A DNA stretch of 64,000 nt from Hormiphora californensis. Taxonomy: Eukaryota > Animalia > Ctenophora. Below are positions 19,893 to 38,100 of this stretch, in pieces. Where the stretch lies: positions 8,556,001 through 8,620,000 of the forward strand of contig CM035351.1 in assembly GCA_020137815.1 (NCBI GenBank). Direction: 5' to 3'. The notes beneath the pieces were generated by a model. The model did no database searches, was not told where the DNA came from, and worked only from the letters and a program-made list of their open reading frames with translations. A program made the translations under genes and the position numbers. The stretch's first letter is position 1. Each line of letters opens with the position of its first letter.

Positions 19893-20660
19893 TCTGTCTG
19901 GTCTGTCTGGCGGCCAGACCCCAATTTGATTCAAAGCACGCGACAGTGTGCTCAGAGGGTCGCGGCGCCAGACAGTGTCTGGTAGGAAATGTAGCCAAGT
20001 GGACTCCGTCATGGAGCTCTGCAGAGTTTGATCTTGACCAAGTCGTTGGGCTTCTCTTAGATCTCTGAGAGAACTGAGAAGCCCAAAGCTCGGCCCGATC
20101 TGAGACAGAATAGAACGAGCACCGGTAGATCCATCCTTACTAAGATCTTACGCGTACTCGTAGAATACCTTGAGAGACCCGAAAGCAACACGAGTGCGTT
20201 GGCCACATTGATGCCTGAGTGAGATCGAGGTCGCGCAGCGACCGAGATCGATCTCACTACGAGGCGGGAATAGGTTGCAATGGAGCCAAACGGGTGCGTA
20301 TGTTGTGGGGTCCGGGTGGCGCCTGGTACGGTTACGCTGCAGAGAAATCTGTACCGGAAGGAGTAGGACCGTGGCTGAACTAAATGTAGCATGTTTTAGT
20401 TTTACATTTTGTGAGGTATGTAGTGACTATCAGGAGGGGAATTTCCCATTCCCACCACCCAAGTGTTTGTATAATTATTGTTATATTATTTGACTTTGTA
20501 TTACCATTTCCAGTTAGCGCTATTATGAAACTTGTTTTGCTTTGTTCACCACAATTGGCTATCTCGACTGCCAGAGCATTGGCCTGACCCTATTCTCATT
20601 GCAGTCAGAGCAATGGCCTACCAAATCGTAGCACACTGTGGAAACGAGAAATTAGGGGGC
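19893..20660. repeat. Composite repeat, copy 2 (blocks in permuted order)
   Basis: 19893-20380 matches ~16886-17378; 20381-20660 matches 16597-16868. Confidence 0.88.
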
Positions 20661-21169
20661 ATATGACAGCCAATTGATATTATCGCAAAAGGCAAGCTTC
20701 CCCTCGTCCGACCCGAAGTTGGAATCATATGGGTTTAGTTTGTCGAACCGGCAAGTTGCTAACATGTTTCAAATCTTCACTACTTCTCAAATGATCCCAT
20801 ACTTTCAGTCTAATCCCAAAATCCTATTAAAAATAGAGACAAAAATAACGGCACCAAACTGTGAAATGCCCTTGCATTAGTGCGAGTAGAATAAAATCAA
20901 TTTTCTATCTAAAGGCCGAGTTTATAGCAAGAAAGGACTATTTTACAACGAATTCTCTGGTTAGTATGGTAACCAACTCCGTTGTCATGGTAAATCAATC
21001 GAACTCTATCGAGTTCTATCGCCAGCAACTGGATGAAAATTTATCCATTTCATTATGCACAATGCACAGGCTTTGGTTACGAAGTTACCCCTTGCCAGCG
21101 TGTGCACGCGAAGGTCGCCCGGCGACAGAGTGTGAGGTGTCTTCGATACCATGCAAGCACAGGCTTGTG

Positions 21170-21851
21170 TTGGTGACATTGACACCTAGTGCGTGCGAGA
21201 TCGAGGTCGCGCAGCGACCGAGATTGAGCTCGCACATAGGTGTCCGCTCCGCCCCTAAAAAAAGGTCGTGTCTTTCAAGCCAAATTGCACGTGATCCACT
21301 GGACCGATTTGCATCCGGTTTGTCGCAAAAGACTACAAATTGGTCCTAGTTTATTGGAAAATACCCGAGAAGTTTGTCTGTCAACAGGAAGAGGGTCAAA
21401 ATTGAAACTGAAGTCAAATCTAAAATCTGGCTTCCGAGCCTTTTTGCACCACTCCCACTCCCAGACGGTGTAGAATGAATCTGAGGGTATCAGAAGATAG
21501 GTTGAACTCTTGTGAGTACTGGAAAATACCCGGCATTAATAGCTGATGCTAATTGCATCAACATATCTCCCAATATCTTCTAAATCGCATGGGCGTAGTG
21601 CAGAAACTCTCGGAAGCCAGATTATAGGTTTGACTTCAGTGTCAATTTTGACCCACTTCCTATTGACAGACAAACTTCTCGGGTATTTTCCAGTATATTA
21701 GGATCATTTGTAGTCTTTTGCGACAAACCGGATGCAAATCGGTCCAGTGGATCGCGTGCAACATCCCTTGAAAGAAGCGACCCTTTTTGAGGCGGAGCAG
21801 ACACCTGTGTGTGAGCTCAATCTTGGTCGCACACGGTGTCTATGTCACCAA
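21170..21851. mobile_element. MULE-like foldback MITE
   Basis: TIR TTGGTGACA.../...TGTCACCAA with ~250-bp imperfect arms; 9-bp TSD AGGCTTGTG at 21161-21169 and 21852-21860. Confidence 0.82.
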
Positions 21852-21949
21852 AGGCTTGTGTAACAAAAAGGGGCGTTTTTATAGCTTATTGTTCATCATA
21901 ACCTGAAATAAATAATTTTCATTACTTTCACAAAGGCTCAAAGTTTGAA

Positions 21950-22942
21950 TATCAAATTTGCCAAAACTGTGCAGGGGCAAATTGGTGCAGAGGCAAAAGT
22001 TTTAATTGATTATAATTAATTAATTAATTAGAAAATCAAAAATCCGGCTCCGTTATGACTCGTAGTTATACTACTAGAACATACATGCAAAGTTTCATTT
22101 CGAAATTTCAAACGGTGTGGCCACAGCTGTGCACAGTTTGAATATCAAAGTTGCAAAAAATGTGCAGGGGCAAACAAAATGGTGCAAGGGCACATGTTCA
22201 GGGGAAATTTGCACAAATTGTGCAGGGGCAAATTTTAATTAATTTGCCTATAATTAATTACCTAATTGATATATTAATCATACGGCTCTTCTAGTACTCG
22301 TAGTTATGCTACTAGAACATGCATAGAAAGTTTCGTGTCAAAATATTAAACGGTGTGGACACAGTTCGATCATAAAATTGGTGCAAGGGCTGCCCTTGCA
22401 CCATTTGCCCTTGCACATTGCCTGCCCCTGCACCAAATTCCATTTTTTGCACGGCTCTAACTAACTAATTAATTAATTTTGACTATTCCCACTTTTCGAA
22501 CATCATCTTTTATGATTGAAGAACATTCCTACAAAGTTTCAAGTCGATATTTTAAGCAGAACGGAAAATATAATTTGGTGCAAGGGCGCGGTGCAAGGGA
22601 CAGAACACGCAATGTGCAGGGGCACGGTGCCCTTGCACCGTTTTTAATTACCTATAATTAATTAATTAATTAAAAATTCAAAAATCCGCCAACGTCATGA
22701 CACAAAGGAATACTACAAGAACATGCCTACAAAATTTCAAGTCGATATCTCAAACGGTGTGGCCACAATCGTTGACATGTTTTTTGCCCCCCCCCCCTCC
22801 CCCCCCCCCCCCAAAAAAAAGACCTTTCTTTGTTCTTAATAGGGCCGGCATTTTTGGGTTTTTGTGCAGGGGCAAAAAATTTTTTTTCTTTTTTTCGTTT
22901 TTTGCTGTTTTCTTCGGGTCGGAGGTGCCTGCCGGCACCTAA
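21950..22942. repeat. TE-derived repeat with TGCA(A/G)GGGCA motifs in both orientations and a terminal hairpin (possibly Helentron-associated)
   Basis: More than 10 motif copies, diverged tandem units, AGGTGCCTGCCGGCACCT stem at the end. Classification is uncertain. Confidence 0.5.
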
Positions 22943-24390
22943 ATTGGTGGGTATACTCGTGTCTAGTACTAGTAGGAAATGTAGCCAATATGGACTCCGT
23001 CATGGAGCTCTGCAGAGTTTGATCTTGACCAAGTCGTTGGGCTTCTCTTAGATCTTCATCTCTGAGAGAACTGAGAAGCCCAAAACTCGGCCCGATCTGA
23101 GACAGAAATAGAACGAGCACCGATAGACCCATCCTAAGATCGTACGCGTACCTTGTTGGTAAGACTCTTCCCCCTAACTCAACAACTTGTTGACAACAAG
23201 CTGTACATTTGTTGATGCAAAATCTGACTGTTGAGGGACTTTACTTAAAGTTTTAGGCCACGATCTGTCTGGCGGCGCCATACCCAAGTTTGATTCTCAG
23301 GCGACAGTGCGCTCAGATGGGGTCGGCGGCGCCAGACAGAACACGTCGCTGAATCGCTGATGGTCTGAGTTTTTAGTTAGTAGCCGGCCGTCTAGAGTGG
23401 CGGTTGGTACCATTGCTACCTATTTGCTTCGCACACACATGTTCGAGCTCAATCTCGATCTCACTCGCACTCTGACAATCTGTCAGGCCTTGTTGAGTAA
23501 GGGGTACTCAACAAGTCAGGCCAATGCTCTGACAGGCTCAGATGGGGTCGTGGCGCCAGAAAGTCTAGCCCTGGCCAGTGGCCTAAGTTTCCATTTTCCA
23601 AAAGCGGCAAAACAGTCAGAATTTGAACCAACAAGTCGGTATAAGTAGTAAGTACAAATTAACGATTGTCCTTGTTTCGGTTTAAATTTGTTATCGAAAT
23701 AACATATCGATAGGTCTACTTTTGTTAAATTCAGAAACTCAAATAATCTCATCGTATATGTGTAAAATGTTATCATACAAAGAAAAAACAAGACTATATA
23801 AGGTACTCTCTATAATAGTTAACATCGCCCAGATAATAATTGGAATGGTGTATAGATAAGAAAACAGGATATGCCCTGTTCCATGTAGGCCCACTTTGCC
23901 ACGCTGACTTGTAAGGGGTGAACGAGCCCTGATAGGCTCAACAGAGTTGTTAGTTTTTCTCAATTTAGGGAAAAGGATGAATTGTGTAGATCTAGCTCTA
24001 ACACCAGACCGGGTCGAGATGAAGTAACATGGGCGATGCCGGGTCTGAGACCCTTTCTCGTCCTAATTTACCTCGATCAGGTCTGGTGTTAGATCTAGAC
24101 TGTAATATATCCCAGGTAGCGGCGGAGTAACAAACTAAAACACACACATGCCCTGCACAACACACACAAAAACACGCTGACTCAATGTGAGGATATATCA
24201 TATAGGATAAATGAAATGTACAACCATGTATACCACAAGCTCTACAGCTTAGTTTGGGGGACTGTGATGGTTGGTACTGGTATCTAATCTTAGTAGGAAA
24301 CACGCACTCTCACAAATGTGTATAATATTTACAAAACGTTCTCTGGCTAAAAATCTCTCTGCTGTACAAAACTGATCATCAAGCGCCTCT
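22943..24390. repeat. Composite repeat, copy 3
   Basis: 23256-24390 matches 17848-18945; the 5' part is a deleted version of 16868-17585. Confidence 0.88.
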
Positions 24391-24397
24391 CTCACTC

Positions 24398-24433
<36 letters not shown>

Positions 24434-24443
24434 ACTCTCTCTC

Positions 24444-24529
<86 letters not shown>

Positions 24530-24689
24530 TCTCTCTCACTCTCTCTCTATCTCTCACTCTCTCTCTCACTCTCTCTCTCTCTCTCTCTCTCTCAATCTCG
24601 CTCTCTCCCTTATTTGTGTGCTGCTATGTTGCGCTCTGTTCGCTATATCCCATCATATATGAAAATTGTCTTGGTGAGGAAAGTTGTGG

Positions 24690-29992
<5,303 letters not shown>

Positions 29993-30537
29993 GGTCGCAT
30001 TGCCGACACAACACGCGACTCTCTACACCATAGCTAGACACCTGTAGTAACGGGGTGGTGATCATGACGATTCAATTTCAACGATCTATCCTTAAATTGT
30101 AAAAAAGTATTGTGAAATTTAAATTGTGATAAGGATGGATAAACTGCAATGATACTACATATAACTTATTATGTTCTAACTCTCCTTTAGTTTACATTTG
30201 TCGTGGGTCGAACAAGGCAAACTATAACATAAACATGATGATAGAAGATAGATATAGAGAGACTTAGTCAAATAAGGATATCATTTTTGCCTAACTAATA
30301 TCTTGTGATTGATGTATTTATAACTTTCTAAAGGAGCTACTTCAAATGTACTTCAAAGCAGAATATTAGACGTGGTGTTCTAGTAATAAGGGGTAAATGT
30401 TTCATTCTTTTCGCATATGTTGATGTGATATATAATAATGTGTGTCATATATTATTGAGAGACTTCTGCATGGAGATAAGCATTAGAGGTCATGGTAGAG
30501 AGTGAGAGAGAAAGGGATGAAAAAGAGAGACATAGAC

Positions 30538-30572
<35 letters not shown>

Positions 30573-30972
30573 TAGAGAGTGAGAGAGAGAGAGGGAGCGA
30601 GAGAACGAGAGAAGAGAGATATAGAAATAGAGAGAAAGAGAGAGAGAGAGAGGGGGTATAGAGAGAAAGTCCACTTCAGTAGACAGACAAACCAATACAA
30701 GACCCCGGAAGAGAAGTAAAATTAGCAGGTATTGCAGTACATAGTTGTGCTGTTCTGATGATTTTCGATCACAACTATTATAACGGCTAGATGCTAGATT
30801 CTAACTAAGTAATAAATGATGCAGATAGAAGTCTAGTCGCTCGGCTACCGAGAAGTTGGTGTTTATGTATAAAAGTAGTTATAAGCAAAAGCATATAATA
30901 CATTTTATACTATCAATATTCAATACGTTCGATAACAAAATTGTAAAGATTGAAGATCAGAACATTTCCCCC

Positions 30973-31215
30973 ATGGATCTTCTGACGTCACTAACTATCA
31001 TTATTTTACTCGTGATCTCGCTTTCTCAGAGAAGCATCAATACAAGAGAAACTGGGTAAGTAGTTAGGTCAGGATGCAGGGAAGTTAAGAAATGAAGAAG
31101 GGACATCTGTGGGAGAGAGATTGAGTGGGTAGAAAGGATGCAGGGACAACATGAAAGAGAGTGGCAATAATAGAGAAAGGAGAGAACTGGTTAGTGGTTA
31201 GAGAGAGACAGAAAA

Positions 31216-31292
<77 letters not shown>

Positions 31293-31571
31293 TATAGGCA
31301 TGCTGTGCTACTTAATACAGAATAATAATAATACAGAAATGAAAGAGAGATTGCGACGAAAAGAGCTGATTCGGAAGGAGAAGTATGATATAAAAAAGGA
31401 AGCGAGAAACAAGATGACAGAGGCTAGAGGGGAGAAAGCAATCTACCATAATACAGCATACTTATTCCTGATCGTGTATTAGATTGCCGTCCCATTCACA
31501 GTACACTTGGCCGCTACCATTGCACCATTCTTGCTCTCATTCTTTGGGAAATAGTTCTCTCTGATTTCCTT

Positions 31572-31609
<38 letters not shown>

Positions 31610-31978
31610 CGTTCCTTTATTACTCTGATATCCCATTCTGGTTGTAAAGCAATGATGCAGTCGAAAAATAAAGAATGAAAAATAAAAACAACTTAATCGA
31701 TAGATTTCTTGGCAAGGGAAGCGATGAAGCTGATGCAATGATATATCCTAACACACCATTACATCTATCCTATTGACCATTGCGAATGCACATTCATTAG
31801 GACAACTCGCACACACACTCTACATGCATAATACTGAGTACACACTGCAGGTGCATGACTGTATAATCATTTTTACCAACTCAGACAAAGTGATCAGCAG
31901 AAAATTAAAATTCTACATAAACGGCAAATGGACATTTACTTCCAGAATCCAGCCAGGTATACGGTGAAGGGACGGTGA
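30973..31978 (+). CDS. Candidate neuropeptide precursor (exons 30973-31055, 31885-31978; alternative end 31956 spliced to 34115-34145)
   Basis: Signal peptide MDLLTSLTIIILLVISLS, GG|GTAAGT donor, phase-2-compatible acceptor giving ...ILH-KR-QMDIYFQNPARYTVK-GR-stop. Confidence 0.6.
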
Positions 31979-32349
31979 AGTATCATAGGGGGAGGGAGAA
32001 GATTAAATTATTTGCATGGTGGGATATTTGACAATAAAAACATTTGACATTAAATTATTTGACAACATATGTCAACCAGTTTAGTTGTGGAAATAGATAG
32101 ATTTCATAGTTGAAACAGTTTCTGAGCAAAATATGCTCGTCGCATAATGTGCACCGGGACATTTTCATACACTCCCTAGTGTATTTATATTGGAGCACGC
32201 ATTAACAGCTTATGCTATACACAATTTCTAAATTTTTGTATATCCATATCATATCTCGTGGGACATCATGAAACATGTGTATAGACCTAAAAAACTATCT
32301 TTGTTTTTAATTTGTGTCCATATCCATATAATAAATTCCAAAATGTTAG

Positions 32350-33000
32350 TCCGATAATTGTTTTCTCCCTACTCCTCCTACAGTTTTTGAGCTAGACCCC
32401 TGAAAATTTGTACACTGGTACTTTGGACCAAGGCGGGTGTAAGTACGGGCTCAGATTTTTGATCCGATCTTTACAGCAGTGACGTCACGGGGTGACGTCA
32501 TTGCGACAAAAAGACTTACATTTTTCAAACGCTTCTAAGACCCTGAAAACGGCTCTAAATCAAAAAACTAACGCAATAATGGGGAAAGAGAATCGTTTGA
32601 ACTTCATTTTACCTGATAGCGATTTCCCGTAACTCAATGTTTAAGGGTCGTAAATCGCGTCGGGAAAGTTAAAAATGCCAAAAATGCGATATTTTTCACC
32701 GTAGCCACCCAAAATCTTATCCAATCGATATGAAACTTGGTCGGTATGTGAATTTTAATGTCCTTTGGCCAGGGGTTCCCGGAAAACGGATTGGCAAGAT
32801 GAGAACTGACCGGAGTTCTTATAATTCTAAATTCACGAATTTGGAATTTTTCGTCGACTTTTTTTGGCGACATAAAACGCGAGGAAATTTTCAATGAATT
32901 TTAAAATTTTACACTGCGCGCGTAATTCTAGGTTCCGCGCGCGGCGTAAAAAAGCAGCGCTTTTTTGGAAAAATTCGCGCGTTACAGTAAATGATTTACC
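32350..33000. repeat. Probable non-autonomous DNA transposon remnants
   Basis: Short palindromes (TGACGTCA twice, GCGCGCG) and MITE-like composition. Termini not resolved. Confidence 0.35.
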
Positions 33001-34181
33001 AATTACCATTTACCAGGTCACGGGTTCCCAGCAAACGGGTACTCTAGTCATATGAAAAATCAAAATAGTTAAAGCAAAACACACAAAATATTGCGGATTA
33101 AATCTACTGGACGTACACATCAATCCCTAAACTTTAAACAAGAAAACCATTAAGATTGAGGATGCACTGGCACCCACCGGTACACGCTACACAATAACAT
33201 TTTATAACCTATTGGCCATGGCATCCCCGCAAAAAAGTAATTCTGTGGCGATGAAAAATAAATCTTTACCGAAATCACGATTTACAAGAACAACTAACAA
33301 GCAGTTACTTGATTATTTAAACTTTTTCAATAATTAAGAAAAAGCTATAATAAACTCGTTTCTCCAATAAAAAGCCTCGGAAATGTCCAGGTCGCACACA
33401 TCGTTTTGACCAATCACAGCGTAGAACAGCTCTAGCGTGCACGGTGCACTCGTGATCCGCGCGATATGAGAGCTGCCCTGAACAGTGTTTGGTTAAAACT
33501 ATGCACAATGTGTGCCACGAGAACATTTCCGGGGGTTCCCCGTTGCTTGTAAAATACCACTATCCTAAGTTTTGAAAAATCAAAGATGTCTTGAGTTTTT
33601 GATTTTTCAGGTTTGAAATTTTTTGAAAATTTTAGAGTTTTATTGCTTAGCGCGCGGCACCATAAGAAGTTACTTATGCGCGGCACTTTTGGCAGCGCAC
33701 TTATCAAAAAGATGCCGCTAACGTTAACGTTGATTCTCACTTCTATTAATCTTTTTATATTCGTTTCGACTTTTAGAAATAAAGACAAACATATAACTTC
33801 TTTAAAATAAAACATATAAATGAAGTCTATATACAAAAACAGGTGGATGGATGTGTAACAACATTGGTGTAAATCGATCACGCTCCGTCTCTTCTTTTAA
33901 TTTGCTTCGATCGTATTCTCAACAATTAAATAAACTCTCCCTTTGACTTTGTCATATTTGTAACATGAATACGGAACAATCTCTCTCAAACTTTGAATTT
34001 AATTTGTAAACCCAAATAAACTTTCAAAATGATCCATCTATTATTCCGATTAACTAAAACTGCCTGTTCCGTTCTATTTTTCCCAACAAATGCACGCTTG
34101 TTGATGTACCTCAGGAAAGGAATAGCTGATTCAGCTGATAAATAATAAATTAACAAACCGTCGGTCAGGCGATACAGCTCT

Positions 34182-34309
<128 letters not shown>

Positions 34310-35103
34310 GACACATTCTCTCTCTTTCTCAAATATGGATCGGGTTTAGCACTCCTAAAAGTTAAAACAATATTTTCTGGAGCACTAGCTACCCTAGAAA
34401 TATTTCTGCTCTGGTACACTGTTTAGACACATGAACATGAATGACAGAACAACAGTTGTTAGAGGGAATCACCCATACTACCTAAATGGTAAATGATGGG
34501 TGAATTTCTCTCTCTCCCCCTTCTCAAACAATGATAAAATGAAGCGCTGGACGAATGACACACAAAATAATATTATTCTACTACTGGACCTATATTTCTT
34601 TCTCTTTCTCTCTCCTGATATGCTGCTGACCAAGCTGGTGTTTAAAAACTCATCAAATGTCAAAATAATTTTCAAGCACCGTTCGTAAAATCAGGGAAAA
34701 TAACAAAGCCAAAAATCAGACAGGGAATATAGTTTTGGTGACCAACTGTATTATAGTTCTGGGTAGGTCGATTTTACGAACAATCGTGCCGAGAATCGTG
34801 CATTAATACAAACCTTAAACACTATGCATAATATCTCTCTCTCCCTTCCTCCCTCCTCTCTCTCTTTGTAAATACATATCTGACATAAATCCCTGGTGGC
34901 ACTTCGTTATTGCAAGTAGAAAACATGAAACAAATTGAATATATACTCGGCGCTATAACTCTTCCCCCTCCTCTCTCCGCTCGATTCACCCTACAAAACT
35001 TATATCTGATCAATCAATGCAGCAGATCACACTCTCTCTCTCCATTAAACCCCGGGGGTAAAGAAGACAGAGAGGGATCTACCTGATATAACATATATCT
35101 CTC

Positions 35104-38100
35104 TCACATATAAATCTCTCTCTTAGTGCTCTGGTGTTCCGGTGACACCATGAATGAGTCCTCAGCAACTTTCAGTCTACTATAGTCCATATCCCTGGGT
35201 GTCAGGGGCTCAGCTGTCCCCCGTTTCTCCTCGTTTGTCTTGTAAACACCCTGTTTTCGTCGTGCAAAGCGGCTGACACCGTACGTAATGACTAGGATGC
35301 AGATGAACCCTGCAACTGCGATGCATAGAATGACAGGGAGTCCCAGGGTTCTCTTGCCACCCTTTACTTGGGTTGAGTTACTACCATCTTTAGTAGCCTC
35401 TGTAGCACTCTCAACAGTGTTCTTATCTGTCTTATAGTGACCCTTATTATCCACCTCGTTATTACCCTTATCAGTTGGTATCTTGGGTGGAACAGTCACC
35501 TGATCTTCCTCGCAACTACCCTCAATTAGCCCCGGGGTCTTCTCCACATTCACCACGTCCAGATCCTCCAGTGGCAGCATCCCATTATACTCGAATCCCT
35601 GGATACACCCGGCCCACTGTTTGTTGTTCACAGAGAAACCGAGGAGGATCTTGAGGATACTACCGAACTCCAGGGTGCCTGATGCCAGGGTGTCTGTCTG
35701 AGTGTCCTGGTCGTCAAATGAGAAGGAGACGGCTCCCTGGCGTCGTTGTAGGGAGAAGGAGTGGGGTAGATCATCGTCAATAGGTCCAGGTGATCGGGCG
35801 GTAATGCTCTTTCCTCCCATTTTCATTGAGAGTTCCAGGTGCTGAAATAGAGAGGAGTGTCAGCGATATCTACTAGAGTATATGTGTAAGAAAGATTAAA
35901 TTTCGGAAACTAAACCACCCCGATCACAGCGTTGGTGTGCTTCTAGGCAACCCTTGCTTGATCCTGTTTGAATAAAAAAGGCTTACCTTATTCTTGATGA
36001 GTAACTTGATGAACTGGTTGGGATCATGTGTTTGGATCTGGGCCAGACCCCCATCTGAACTGGTCGTCTTGAATTTGATATTGAGATCATCCTTAAAGAA
36101 TATCTTCTGGCTGTATACGTTGTAGGAAAGAGAGGCCCCTGGGTTGAATCGTACTGGTCTCATTTCTGAGAAGATAGAAAGTGTTAGTATCGTCATAACA
36201 TTTCAAAATAGGAGAGTAGGTAGCGAAGATATATATCCATGATATCGAAATCATTATAAGTGCCTAGACTATTAATGATCTAGGCGCGACAGATCTCTTA
36301 CAGATCTCTAATCTCTAACTTACCCTCAGAGCATGTTTTTCCCGTGAAAAAAGATCCAGTGCACAGACACTCAAACTCCGTTTCAAACTGTCTGCACGTG
36401 CCCCCATTGTTACAAGGGTACGCAGCACATGTTTCCTCACACCGAGGGTGAACACCCGGTACACCGGTCCCTGCTTGAAGGAGATCCTGTATGACGTCAT
36501 TCACTAGGAGTGCCCTGATACACCCCCTAATGTTGGTGGAGGTGGTCATCATATCGGACATGTCATCAGAGTCACTGGAGTGAGATGTGGGGATACCACC
36601 TACAAATAGGCCACCTGGGGGAGGAGAATGGGAGGGTTAGGGTACTGAAGGAGCAAACAAACTTTAATATTGACCATATCAACCGAGCGCCCCAGTAAAT
36701 GGGTGACTTTGTGACCAAACCAACCTAAAGACCTACCCTCAAAGTTGAAGAATGATTTGTAGAGAGGCTTGCTGATGGCATAACCATCCACCTCGAATAG
36801 TAGGTTGCCACCCTCCTCTATAGAGAGGGCGGTGTTGTGCCATGTGTTATCATTCAGGTTATCGGTTAGTGATGTCATAGATATCAGGTTATCACCTAGG
36901 AGAGGGAGGGAGTGTTGTTAGAATAGTGTTAGTTAGGTTAGGAGAGAGGGAGTTTTGATCAAATACGGAATTGATTTTCAACTCCGAAGTCTGAACTGTT
37001 AAATGCTTTGGTAGTTCTGGGGCAAACCTATTTTTAAGAGTCTGAACTAGTCTATTAGTATGTTGATAACTCACCGATCGCCATTTTGGTCATTAGTCGT
37101 CCCTTGGTGACCTCTATCTGTACATAATCCCCATTGGGACTACCATGGTAAACAAGGACCCCCGAGGTTTCCTTGGTCCTGAAGTCAAAGGAGAGGGTGG
37201 AGGTAGCATTGGTACTCTTCCAGGGTGGGAGCCGGATTGTAGCTGACCGAGAGAACCCTGCTACTTGCTGATCGGGTGTCTCCTGAGAGAGAGAGAGAGA
37301 GGGGGATTTTAATATGTGTTGTCGGGGGTTACATTGTTCACAGCGCGAACACAGTACCAGGCGACTCAAGGGGCGGACAGGTAAACTATAAAGAACCCCA
37401 TACCAAGAATCATGGCGGTATACTAAAGCACTGTGTAATCGTCCCCTAAATACCTGGAATTTGCAGCCAGCCCTGGCAGTGTTGACTATCATGGGGTTAC
37501 TCTCTGTATCAGATGATATCAGCTCTCCATTTAGTATGACCTGTTGCATGCACCCGTCATACTCAGTACGGGATTTAGTGAGACGTCGGACATTCCTCCA
37601 TTCATCAGAGGGTGCCCCTCCTAGGTAGACGTATTGGAACAGGAACTCAACTGCAGCTCCCTAGGTGTGCAATGAGGGGTTAGTATTGAGGGGTGTAACT
37701 AAAGTAAGGGAATAACAGGAATTATTTTGTATTGACAACAGCAGTTTATAACTATGTGTGTAAGTAAGTAGTAAGTAGTGTGTAAGTATGTAAGTCATTG
37801 TGTAACTATATGTAAGTCACTAACCCGGATGGTGTATTTCACTTCGTTAGCGTCCAGGGACAGTGTCACACTGTTCTCCTCTCGTTTAAAGGTAACCACA
37901 TGCCACCTCCCATCAGCTACCTCGCTATCCATCCGGAATGATTTGGACTGCCCGAAATTCAGGAACACGAAGAGTTGCCCCCCGAGAACCTCGAAATACA
38001 GGTATTCACTGTTCAGGCGGTAGTCCGTGGTGATAAACAGGAGCATGCCTTGTTCAGATTGGGTTCGGAATCGGAATGAGATTTCGTCACTCGGCTGCAG

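Noticed and set aside
19401-20012. 203-aa ORF as a host gene
   Set aside because: It is a chimera of repeat-derived sequence and a truncated retroelement endonuclease.
36166-36196. In-frame ATG (MTILTLSIFS) before LamG6 as a canonical beta-neurexin start
   Set aside because: Only 10 residues, derived from the pyrimidine tract of a ~160-bp intron; too short for a signal peptide.
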